From Candidatus Falkowbacteria bacterium (GTDB lineage Bacteria; Patescibacteriota; Patescibacteriia; Patescibacteriales; UBA12465), in NCBI GenBank assembly GCA_016432645.1, contig CP066698.1, positions 517,062 to 581,061 of the forward strand: a stretch of DNA of 64,000 nucleotides. Direction: 5' to 3'. The position numbers and the translations under genes are program-made. Shown in pieces: positions 38,168 to 49,300 of this stretch. How positions within the stretch are numbered: position 1 is the first letter of the stretch; the number at the start of each line of letters is the position of its first letter. The notes beneath the pieces are model-generated. The model saw only the letters and a list, made by a program, of their open reading frames with translations. It did not search any database and was not told the DNA's origin.

Positions 38168-39141
38168 AAAATTATTTTATCTTTAAAATTTTTATTATAT
38201 CTCTTAATGAAATCCGACTTGGTAAATTTATGGGTTTGGGTGCCATATTTTTCAACCGTATAAACAGCCGTCGTGGCTGCCAATTGGCCACAGGTATTTA
38301 GATTATAGCCTAGTAGCAGGCCTTTTATCAAGCCGGCACGATAGGCATCGCCGGCCCCTGTCGGATCGGAGGTGTTTGCCGGTTTGGCGGCTTTGACGGC
38401 AATTTTATGCCCACACTGATAAACCTCTGAACCCTGAGCGCCTTTAGTAATAATAAGAATTTCCACCTGAGCGCTCAGGTCGGAAATTTTCAGTTTGAGC
38501 AATTTGGCAATTTGCGCAATTTCATAATCATTACCAACCAACACGCGCGCCCCCTTGATTGCCTGCCTGATTTCGCCAGCTGAAAATGTCGGGGTCATCT
38601 GGCCGGGGTCAAAAATATAAGGGATATGGCGTTTTTGATAGGCGGCTGCGTACTCCAGCATCCGGCCTTTATCGTCTGGAGCAATGATAGCCAAGGTAAT
38701 TTTGTATTTTTTAGTTACGACCGCAACGGCTTTTTGGGCATAACCGACCGCCGGCCTGCAAGGATAAAAAGCGGAAATTTGGTTGTCTTGTTTATCGGTG
38801 ATGATATGGGCAGTAGAAGTCGGCGAATCTTTTAATTCTTTAACAAAATCAATATTAATTTTGTTTTTCAAAAACCAATTGCGATAAGCAGAAAAATCAA
38901 AACCAACCACCCCGAGGATGATTGGTTTAACTTTCAAAAGCGAAAGATTATAAGCGATATTTCCGGCGGTGCCGCCAAAACTAGTTTTAAGATTATCAAC
39001 GACGAGCGAGAGATTGAACTTATGAACTTGTTGAGAATTTTTATCATGAAGATTATCGGAAAAAACTCCGAGAAAATCCATGATCTTATCAAAAGCAATA
39101 GAACCGGAAACCGCGATGTGCGGCAATTTATCTTTTGGCAT
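38164..39141 (-). CDS. PfkB-family carbohydrate kinase (adenosine kinase-like)
   Basis: [27 protein letters not shown]; overlaps the ahcY start. Confidence 0.88.
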   Translation of the reverse strand: MPKDKLPHIAVSGSIAFDKIMDFLGVFSDNLHDKNSQQVHKFNLSLVVDNLKTSFGGTAGNIAYNLSLLKVKPIILGVVGFDFSAYRNWFLKNKINIDFVKELKDSPTSTAHIITDKQDNQISAFYPCRPAVGYAQKAVAVVTKKYKITLAIIAPDDKGRMLEYAAAYQKRHIPYIFDPGQMTPTFSAGEIRQAIKGARVLVGNDYEIAQIAKLLKLKISDLSAQVEILIITKGAQGSEVYQCGHKIAVKAAKPANTSDPTGAGDAYRAGLIKGLLLGYNLNTCGQLAATTAVYTVEKYGTQTHKFTKSDFIKRYNKNFKDKIIL

Positions 39142-40096
39142 TTTTGCGGGCTTCAGTTTTTTTAAGGCGCATTATTTCTTGGCTGATAGCTTTATATTCT
39201 AAACTGGAGGGCGAATAGCTGTCCAATATTTCTTCCAATTCGGTCGTGCGGGAGATAGTTTTTGGTTTTTCGGGGGTGGAAACGGATAATATTTTTTGGC
39301 TTGGTTGTTCCGATAAGACGTCCCGGCTAACATCTTCGTTAATTGAATCAATTTTCTCATCTGGAGAATAATTTTTCAAAGCTTCTTCCACCGCCTTACT
39401 TTCATGAACCGGCTCTAAAACTCCTTTTCTAAAAATATGTAATTTCCCATTAACCATCATTGGATATTCTTCCTCCAATCCGTCAGGCGTATCGGACGCG
39501 GTGTTTAAAATATCAAAAAAATCAAATAAAACTTTTAAATTTTCATATTCGGCAGCGCTGATGTTTTTATTACTTTTTAGTCCGGTCATGTACTGAGCGC
39601 GTGCCAATTTATCTTTAGAATCCAAACCAATTTTTGAAGTATAATTTTTAACCCAATCCTTAACTATTTTTATCTCAAAATTTTTAGTTATTTCTTCGTT
39701 GTTTTCTAATAATATTTTTTTAAATTCCTCTTTTAATTTATTGCGGTCTTCTATCAATAAAATTGATAACAGTTTTATTCTAATCTTCCTTTTTAAATCG
39801 TAGCCATCAAGTTTAAATTGATAACAAAAATTGTTTTTTAATAGAGTTAAAATTTCTTTATCATTTAATGAAGGCAGGGCGATAAATTCCAGTTTTATGA
39901 TTAAATCTTGATAAAAATCAGCCAGCTGGGCGTCTTCTTTTAACTCCTGGGGAATGGCTTCAACAGCCTTCTCTAAAATTCTCAGAAATTGAAAAGCTTT
40001 AGGCTGATCATCAGTCGCCATAATACCAGCCACCACATCGGCCGCTAAATCTTGATAGCTCTTTTCTAATATTTTTTTATATTTATTGTCAGACAT
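39128..40096 (-). CDS. Hypothetical protein
   Basis: 322-aa ORF, translationally coupled to its neighbours. Confidence 0.65.
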   Translation of the reverse strand: MSDNKYKKILEKSYQDLAADVVAGIMATDDQPKAFQFLRILEKAVEAIPQELKEDAQLADFYQDLIIKLEFIALPSLNDKEILTLLKNNFCYQFKLDGYDLKRKIRIKLLSILLIEDRNKLKEEFKKILLENNEEITKNFEIKIVKDWVKNYTSKIGLDSKDKLARAQYMTGLKSNKNISAAEYENLKVLFDFFDILNTASDTPDGLEEEYPMMVNGKLHIFRKGVLEPVHESKAVEEALKNYSPDEKIDSINEDVSRDVLSEQPSQKILSVSTPEKPKTISRTTELEEILDSYSPSSLEYKAISQEIMRLKKTEARKNAKR

Positions 40097-40098
40097 AA

Positions 40099-42696
40099 TT
40101 AAGATAGGTAAGATTTGGCATTATTATATTTCTCCTCAAAATTTTTAATGACGGTAATTTTCCCTAAACGTTCAGCAATCGTTTGGTCTAAGCTTTTTGT
40201 AGCACCTGCGGGAACAATGCTAAACTCAGCAAGTAGCTTGGCATTTTCCGGTTTATGAATAGCATCATAGACATATTTAGCAGCACTTTCATTCATAGTT
40301 TCAATATTCTTCATACCTGGACCATTGTTAATCGATTGTAATTTTAAAATACCGCCTAAATCTAGATGAAAATCACCCTTTTCATCATGATAACCATATG
40401 CTAAACGATTATTGTTTCTAATGAAGGCCTGCAACTGCTGCTTTCCGGTCTCAATATCCCTAATTTCATGATGCTCTTTGTCAGTTGTTTCTCGCCACTT
40501 ACCATTATCCATTGAATAAGCGCTAGTGGCGCCCCAATGATTAGTCCCTTTATTAATCTCCGCTATCTGACTGCCCAAACTGAAGGCTTCCTGCTGATTA
40601 AATCCTGCATAGTTCTTAGACTTTTTATCAGACAAGTCTCTCATTAAACTCTTCAAACCTACATGGTCAGTGCGCCCAGCAAGCGGTTGTAAAAATTCAT
40701 TATCATTTCCATCTTTAGACATTTTTAACATTACGGCCTTAACCATATTTCTATCCTTAGAGGCTATAGCTCCCTTTAACATCCGCAATAATTCGGTGGG
40801 GTCTTCGATGTCACGCAAATCTCCCATTTTCTTTTGTACGGCCGTTTGTTCAGCCAAACGGGATTGTCGGTTATATTTTGGAATATTAGCAGCCACCTTT
40901 TTATCCGCATCCTCAACGTTCTTTTTGCTCTCATCAATTCTTTGTCTAGCTTGAAATCTATCCCTATCATCATAAACATGGTCAATATGGCTGCCAGCAT
41001 AAGTCATCATCTGTATTTGTTTTTCCTTTTCCGCAGCAAATTCTGCCATCGCTTGTTGCTCATTCTCTTTATCTTTTTTAAGCGAATCAATCTTATTTTT
41101 ATCTTTATACGGACCTTTCGCTTCTTCGGCAGCAATTTCTTTATCTATATTATCAATATTGGCTTTCGCTTTTACCAGCCCATCATCTGCAATTTCCGCG
41201 TTAAGCGTTGCATCATCATAGGCTTGGAGCCTTTGGGTACGATTTAAATCTATAAACTTATTTTCAAAAACATTTTGATCAAATCTTTTTTCCTCTTCGC
41301 TCTTCTGAAGTAATGCCGCTTCTTTAGCCACATCCATCTTTTTCTCTCCCTTCCATTGTTTCATGATGCCAACTGGCTTTATGCCTTTCCAATCAGAAAG
41401 CCTATCCCAAGCATCAGCTGGTCCGGCCGTCATCGCCATAGCACCGGCAAACCCGCCCTTATTCATTCTATCGCCAGCAGCGGTTAGCCCACGAACATAT
41501 TGATCGTTTTTCTTCTCTTTGCGACGCGCTTGCATTCCCGCCCAAGCTCGTTTCAGATTCAAATCAACAATTCCTTTCTCTTGTAAAAATTTATCATTAG
41601 CCCAACTAGCCGGCGTCTTAACACCCTTCCAAGCCAACAAACCCGCCCCCGCCGCGGCCCCAATCGCCAATTTATTGCCGGCGCTCGATATCTTCCCGGC
41701 CACACCAGCCGCGGCGCCGCCGATTTCTTGAGCAATTTTCATGCCGCCCAAAAGCATGGCAATAGAAATCACAAATTTAATCATGATATCGGTAGTTCCC
41801 TTTTGACAAACACCGCTCTCGTCTTGCTGGCAAGTAATCTTATTAGGGTCTTGCGGGCTGCCATCAATACCTAGGCTTTGATTATTAAAACTAACGAGCG
41901 AAGTAAATGATAGCCAGATAAAAAAGGCGAGTACCGGACCGACAATTAAGTTCTTGGTAAAATCGCTCCACCACATGGAGGAATATTTGGAGCCGCCCGG
42001 GAAAGCCGCTAATAAATAGGCAAAGGGAGATAAAACTACGTACACCCAAATCATAATAATGCGCATCACAAGCATCCCCAACATGGCAGTGACTGTAATT
42101 AACGCAATTGCGGAATAAATAACCGATAAGACAAAGGCGCCGGCGACTTCCCAACTACTGACATCTTCAAATCCGTCTAATTTTTGCCAGCCGGTAATCC
42201 CTAACATATCGACCAAGCCACCAGCCATCACATCTTTAAACGCATTAACAAAAGTTAACATGACCACTTGGGCAACATCAATTAGCAACCCGCAGATTGT
42301 TTTGGAAAAATTTATTAAAATCGCCATTAAAATCAACTTCGGCAACCATTTCTTATAACTATAATTTTCTAGGCGTAAAATTGTGCCAAAAGCGATAACC
42401 AAGAGAATCACGACAAAAAACATGTTGGAAATATCACGGGCAATTACCCAGCCATTAGCCACCGCACCGGCATGGATAAAATTATTATATTGAGCAATAT
42501 AAACCAATACTGCCATCACCTTGGCCAGAATCCAACCTAAGACCGAGGCAATGCCCGAAGCCAAGCCGCCGACAATCGTAGTCACCCAATCAGCGCGGGC
42601 GGCCTGCGGCAAAAACAAAACTAAAGCCGCTAAAAACAAGACTACCGATAGCGCTTTATGGCGATTATTAAATTTTAGTTTCCGTTTAAAATTCAT
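40099..42696 (-). CDS. VirB6/TrbL-like polytopic membrane protein with long charged C-terminus
   Basis: GWVIARDISNMFF, LINFSKTI, LSPFAYL...WW motifs; many TM segments then a coiled-coil tail. Confidence 0.7.
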   Translation of the reverse strand: MNFKRKLKFNNRHKALSVVLFLAALVLFLPQAARADWVTTIVGGLASGIASVLGWILAKVMAVLVYIAQYNNFIHAGAVANGWVIARDISNMFFVVILLVIAFGTILRLENYSYKKWLPKLILMAILINFSKTICGLLIDVAQVVMLTFVNAFKDVMAGGLVDMLGITGWQKLDGFEDVSSWEVAGAFVLSVIYSAIALITVTAMLGMLVMRIIMIWVYVVLSPFAYLLAAFPGGSKYSSMWWSDFTKNLIVGPVLAFFIWLSFTSLVSFNNQSLGIDGSPQDPNKITCQQDESGVCQKGTTDIMIKFVISIAMLLGGMKIAQEIGGAAAGVAGKISSAGNKLAIGAAAGAGLLAWKGVKTPASWANDKFLQEKGIVDLNLKRAWAGMQARRKEKKNDQYVRGLTAAGDRMNKGGFAGAMAMTAGPADAWDRLSDWKGIKPVGIMKQWKGEKKMDVAKEAALLQKSEEEKRFDQNVFENKFIDLNRTQRLQAYDDATLNAEIADDGLVKAKANIDNIDKEIAAEEAKGPYKDKNKIDSLKKDKENEQQAMAEFAAEKEKQIQMMTYAGSHIDHVYDDRDRFQARQRIDESKKNVEDADKKVAANIPKYNRQSRLAEQTAVQKKMGDLRDIEDPTELLRMLKGAIASKDRNMVKAVMLKMSKDGNDNEFLQPLAGRTDHVGLKSLMRDLSDKKSKNYAGFNQQEAFSLGSQIAEINKGTNHWGATSAYSMDNGKWRETTDKEHHEIRDIETGKQQLQAFIRNNNRLAYGYHDEKGDFHLDLGGILKLQSINNGPGMKNIETMNESAAKYVYDAIHKPENAKLLAEFSIVPAGATKSLDQTIAERLGKITVIKNFEEKYNNAKSYLS

Positions 42697-42703
42697 ATTT
42701 ATA

Positions 42704-43369
42704 TTAATTGACGATTGCTCCTTTGATTACGCCCCAGATGAGTTTAAATTCAGAAGCATAAAATCCCACTGGGTCTTCAACAAATTTTACTAGCAGGGCG
42801 ATAACGGCAACGATGGCAATAATTACGATTAACAGCAATAAATCCAAACCGACTAAAACCATTGATTCTCCCATATTGGCACAACCGCTTATTTTCTGGC
42901 TAGCTTCTCCCAGAGCCGCTTTTTGGGCGGCTCCGCCGCCTCCCGGCATTGCATCTAGCCACTCATCTCCCAGCCGACAAAAAACATCACGGCCAATTAC
43001 TAAACTTAAAAAAACATGAATATTTATCCAAATCAGTGTCAGGCCCCAGCTAGGAATTAAATATTCCCAAGCACTCTGCAGGAGTTTACTGGTTCCCTTG
43101 CGCATCGGGGCGGCCGCTTTTTGTTTTAAGCCACCGCCAGCTTTAGCTTCCTCGGCTGCCTGCTTTCTTTTTTCGGCAATTACCGCCTCTCTTAGGGTTT
43201 GCGGCTCCGACGCTTGTCCGTTTTCAGGATTATCACCATTCCTTTTGGCCTCATTCAAAGCCCCGGCTTTAGCCGCACTGTCAGAATCGCCATCTTTTCC
43301 CATTAGGCGACTATCAAAATTGGAATCAAAACCGGTTCCGGAATTGGAGCGGTCGTCGCTGGTCGCCAT
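42704..43369 (-). CDS. Hypothetical membrane protein
   Basis: 221-aa ORF with C-terminal TM segments. Confidence 0.6.
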   Translation of the reverse strand: MATSDDRSNSGTGFDSNFDSRLMGKDGDSDSAAKAGALNEAKRNGDNPENGQASEPQTLREAVIAEKRKQAAEEAKAGGGLKQKAAAPMRKGTSKLLQSAWEYLIPSWGLTLIWINIHVFLSLVIGRDVFCRLGDEWLDAMPGGGGAAQKAALGEASQKISGCANMGESMVLVGLDLLLLIVIIAIVAVIALLVKFVEDPVGFYASEFKLIWGVIKGAIVN

Positions 43370-43375
43370 ACTAAA

Positions 43376-46300
43376 TTAATTACTCTTATTATCCCAATTA
43401 TCCCAGATGTTAACGATTATTTGACCGTTAAGGTTTCCGTATGGTTGTTTAAATTCATTCAATCCATAATAATGATAGAAAACATGGGGGTTATTAGAGT
43501 CGCTTCTTTGGTCTTGGCCGGTAATTGCCTGCTTACTACCATCACCCCAATTAATATAAATCATCTTTAATGGCTGCTGTTCAGGGTTAACTGTAGTGTT
43601 AAATTCTAGGCTATAGACACCGGAAGCACTAACAGTCATATTCTTATCAACGCCGTTAAACTTCAATTTTATATTTTCAACTCTCGGCAAGGTCCCATTT
43701 TGCCCAGCTGGCGGCAACCAACCGCCATTATCATCCGGCAGATAAACGCCGGTCTGATACTTAAAGGCGCCATAAGATTGCAGGAAGAGCGTGCTCAGTA
43801 TTTGCTTAGTGGTCGCGGAATCAGGAGCTGTCGTCCATAACGGCCGGCAGACACCGAAACCGCCATCGGAACAGGTTTTTCTATTTATATAATCATTATC
43901 GGTTTGGGTAGTCTGAATAACCGTTGTGCAACTCGTAGTCTCTGTTTGACAAGTGCCCGGTTGATCAACAACCCAGGTACACGCACCATCCATATCGCAG
44001 TCATAAAAATTATAACCCCGGCACGCATAATTACTAGCATTGTTCAAATCTTCACAATGGGCATTTTCGCCTACGCAAACTTGGTTACTGGTTGAACAAT
44101 TATCATAATAACTGTTACAACTAACCCCGGAATCAGTATAAGATGTTGAACAATTTTGGCTGGAAGTGACTCCTACCGGATTAAACACGCACATCACGCT
44201 CGGATTTTCACTACAATAACCGATGTTATTGCAGGCAGCGCCAGTACAACCATAAGGGCGGCCGCCGAATGCTTTGATATTATCTTTTTGATAATATTGG
44301 TTTTGTAGATAGACCGGACCACTATTTAATAAATCATAACTGCTCGGCAAAACCGCAGCGCCAAAAGGAATGCCATTGCGCAGACGACCATAGGCGCTCA
44401 AACCATTGGCAGCAGCGACATCATTAAAGAAAATTGGGGTGTTGGTAGCATAAGCAGGATCAGCCAAAATTCCAGTTCTACCGGTCCAAGCTTTATTATC
44501 GCCATTCCCGGCGACAACTTGCGCAAAACTGCCGCAAGTAAAGTTGAAGACGTCGCTCCGGTCGCCATTAACAGCTGCTAGATATTTCAGACCAGATTCA
44601 TCAAAGGCGGGATAGTTATTATCATGAATTCTAATAGGTGGGTCGGCATTTTTAGCTTCATCGATCGGTTCACATTGGCCGGCAGCAGAATCGCTGCATT
44701 CTCGGACAGTTTGAGTAACAAATTTGCCGTCATATTTTACCCAGGCAGAATCAAAAAACTTTATATTAGCACAGGTGGTGCCGGCAATGCCGCCAGCAAA
44801 TTTTAATGATTGCGCGTTAGTTTCAGGCCCGACGCCAAAAAGGAAATTAGTGCCGCCCTTGGCAGTTTCTCTAGGGACGCAATACAAATAATAATTATTC
44901 CAATTATCACTGCCTTCAACATCATCCAATAGAATCCCGCGATAATTTACTGAATCGCCGCAGTAGGCAGCAACAGTACTAGTCGCTAATTCCTTACATT
45001 GTTCACTTTGAACGCCGTCAATCAGAGTCCAGCCGTCTTTAAGCTGGCGGTTATAAATAAGTTTTGTCGTAATCTTCTTAGCAAAGGAAATATTAGCATC
45101 AATATTAGTACAATAGCTTAAGCTGGTCGGACCGGAGTAGCCTAAACTTTGGCGGCCTAAAACCGAAGAGCTAACTCTGTCAGCCGGATACCAGCTGATA
45201 CAAACTGAAGGATTATCTTTATCGTGTTCCAAACAATAACCCTCTAAACCATCCTTAATAACGTTAGTGCTTTGATTTTTACAACTTAAACTATCATTGG
45301 TTGGATACAGCCGACATTCACGCGCTGCATATTGGTTATTACCCATATCCAGCACCGGCTCAATATTAATATCATCAAAGTATACTTCACCGGCCTGAGT
45401 ATTGTCAGACGAAAGCCGAATTCTGACCTGAACATTATTAGAACCGGAATTGCCAGAATTAAAAGCGCTAATTTTTCTAGTCCAGCCGTTAGGGCTGGCG
45501 ACGGTAAATTGAGTAGTGGTTAATGAACCCTTTACTTCAATAGTAATTTTAGCGCCAGCGCTGGAATTTTTAGTGTTGACTAAATAATTCAAATAATAAT
45601 CTTGATTAGGTGATAAATTAATCCAAGAATTTGCTGACATTGGGTAAACGTTATAAACTGACGGCACCTTCAAATAGCTCTTGCCGGAGACCGGATAATC
45701 AACCGTGGCCTTTTCCGGTTCCCGAACTAATAGATTTTTAACAATGCTATCAAACAGACATGGCCCACCACCAACACGAACGCAAGATATTGGCGGAATA
45801 ATTTCTTCAAAATCATAATGAGCTTCGCTGTTCAAACCGACCTCTTTCATATTACCGATGTTATTCGGAGCCAAAGACCCGGCACTTAAAGAAGAATAGC
45901 CGGTAGCATTTTCAAAGGCTGGCGGCGTTGAGCTGGCAATAAAATTATTACATTCCCCCTTATCATTTAAACTATTACATTGTTGCAGAGAGTAACAAAT
46001 TTTGGCTCCGGTTTCTGGATCAGTGGCATAAGTTGTACATCCTAACCAGCTAGCACAGACTCTGTCTGGTCTAACTTTTATAAGCTGGTTAGCGGCACAA
46101 GAACCACTAATAGCGGAATCACATTTTTCTGGGGAGTGCTTTTCCAGAGTGGCATACGGGTCAAAAGCGCCGGTTAATTTTGCATAACTGATGGCTGCCG
46201 GAGTGCTGCTGGCACTAGAAATTGTTCTCTCGTTGAACAGAATACAGCCATTGCTAAAATCTTCAATGCCATTACAACTGCCCTTATCTAAAGCATTTTC

Positions 46301-49300
46301 CAATTGATAGCCAATCGCCGCTTCTCTCAAATCGGCCGAATTAGGAGATACGGTTATCGCCGTATTTTCAAAAGAATTAAAGATAATCGCCTTAGCAGTG
46401 GCATTAATCATTAAATTGGTAGTTGAGGCGCTATAATTATTATTAGCCAAAAGGGTACGGACAGGAGAGCTAAAAATGATAGGCAAGTTAGAGTTATTCT
46501 TGCGTTCTATCACGTAAAGAGTGTTCTTTTTTATTTTTACCGAATTGTTCGAAATATTTAGGTTCGGATTAAGCTTGCTGACCGGATCGATATATTCACT
46601 GCAAGTTGAAGCTTGAATTTCACATAAAGCCGCCTCTTTACTCGGAACTGGGACCCGATTACCCTCACCGCCTAAACCTATGGTCTTCAAATAAGAGACT
46701 TCGCAAGGATAATCATTATTATCAATAATACAAGGCTTGCCGGCGCAATCATTAGCGCTCAAGCAGCTAGGATAATTTTTCTCAGTACCAGCAATTTGGC
46801 CGTTGGAATCAGCGTCGCAGCGCTTAACCGGGGCTAAATACCAGCTCTTCTGGGAAGCAGTGGTAGCCGCAGTTCCCGCCGAAGCATTGCGATAAACACA
46901 AACTTTATTTCCTGGGTCGCGGAAATAGCTCAGGCCGCCGTCCTCAACATCCTTCCATTCCTCACAGCCGACGCCTTCTTGACCGCACAAAATCGTGTCA
47001 TATTTATTAGGATTGTTTTTCTTGAAAACATCAGAATAAATTTTGCCCGAACCAGAAACCTGGGATTGCCCCAACAAGCTGCAGCCTAAATCGGCTTGAT
47101 TACATTGCTTGCTCTTGTCATAAATAACATACATCGCGCTGTCAGCCTTAACTTTAGTACAATTCAATTCGCTAGCATCACATTGGCCGTTACGGTTATC
47201 ATCTCCCCAAAGGCCGACACCATAAGGATTATAATTTTGCGTGCTGATTACCTGTTCGCAGCCGACCGAAGCGGAATCGCAAATACCAGAGAAGGAGCGG
47301 AGATTATGGTTAACGCTGGAGCGGTCAGAATAAGCCGCGCAACCTAAATTGTAATCCGCACCCTGATAGGTGTCATAAATATCATAGAAACAAACATTAG
47401 GAATCTGACTGGAATTTTTAATTAAATAATAACGATCGGTAATTTCCGTTAAAATAAAGTTATCAAAATAGAAATTGCCATTAGCGGTTATGGCTAAAAT
47501 TTCAGTAGCCGCGACTTCATGGTCCAGGTTATCTAAATTAGCGGAATAAACTTGCCAAGCGCCGCCGCCAGCCACGCGCAACGTATTGCCATTATTAAAG
47601 GAGGATTTAGCACCAGTGTTTTTATTATAGAAATAAATCTTCAAATCAGCGCCGCCAGCTGAACTGGCTAAAAATTTAACATTATATGATTTACCTTGAG
47701 ATACGCCATTACCAACTTTCAACTGAGCAGCTAGATTGTCGCCGGCAAAAATCTGCTTAATAAGCGGACTGCTCTTAGCTAAAACATGGGTATCGCTGCC
47801 GATAGCCGAACAAGCGCTGGCACTATTATTATATAATAATGAGTGGCCATTCTTGCTGCTGGAAATAGCGGCTAAACTGATACCGTTAGTGCAATTAGAA
47901 GTCCAAGAACTGGTAGTATTTTCAAAATCATAAGAAGAAACTAGGCGAACATTATTACCGGTGTTGCCATTATATTCACGGCAACCGCTCTCGGAAGCGC
48001 TGCAGGTTTTCCCTTCTCCCGGAATTCCTTGATACACACAAGCTTGATGAGTGCTATTCCAAACACCGCCATTAGTACAAACGGCACAAGCGCCAGCGGC
48101 AGCATCCCAATGTTTCTCCACGCCGGTACATTGCGCTTGCGGAAATTGAGGATCATAATTCTTATCGGTCAAGCGATAAGCGCGGCAATCATCAGAACAA
48201 GTAATTACTCGGGAATTTAAATGATAGAAAACCTGGCCGGCAGCATTATAAAATTCGCGGCAATCAGCATTATAAAGCGGGCTATTAACCGAGGCATTAT
48301 AAATGGCCGCGTTGCACAAAGCGCTATCGTCAGAAGTTACCGCCGGTCCATTATTATTAGTATCTTGTTTTAAGCTGGATAATTTTAATTGATAACCGTT
48401 ATCCGTGCCCTCCCAAGAATAAAAACTGGCACAGGTTGCTTGACTTGGTTTAACACACTGCTTTAAGGCCGAATAGTATTCTTTCTGTTCGCCGCCAGCG
48501 GCCACATCGTCTAAGTTAGTAAATTCATTACAACCAACCGCTTCCGCGTTACAAACCTTGGCAGTTTTAGGAATTAAATTTTCCGCCACTGGGGGGTTAA
48601 AATAAGTTTGTCGAGAAACATAGACATCATAGCCAACGCACTCTGATGGACAATAATCAACATTCGAAACTTTGGCCGGAACTGAGAAAACATTGTTTTT
48701 TACTGACTTAAAGAGTTCGCAGCCAACTTCTTCAGAGGCGCATTTGCGGGCATAATTTTTACATTTAGCCGGCGCATCGGCCTTCAAATGATAGCTTAAA
48801 CCATCGGCACTGTTTTCATAACAAGCGCTTTCTAAGTAAGACGGCAATAATTTTTGATAAGTTTTAGAAGCGCCATAAGAACTGTAGCCGGTGTCCCAAT
48901 CACTCATTTCAAATTTAATATTTTTAACATATAGAACTACCTGCCCGGAGCCAGAAGCGGTGATGGAGAACATTAATTGACTGAGATTAACTGCTTTTCC
49001 GACGACGCTCGCATGCTGCCAAGAACCGCTAGTACTGGTTTGATAAACCGTTTGATTAACCCCAGCCGGACCGATAGTCAACTTAACATTATTACCGGTT
49101 GCCAAATAAACATCGGCGCTTAAAGTATATGATTGGCCGGCTACCAAATCTAAATTGGACGGCAATAAAGAATTGCTGGAATCAGAAAATACCGAAACAA
49201 TACCGGTGTTACTGGATAATTTCAAAGCCTTGCCGCTAAAAGTGCCGGGCTCAACCGCGCTGTCAACAATTATCGCCTGAAAAGAGCCGCCAGCCGCTAA

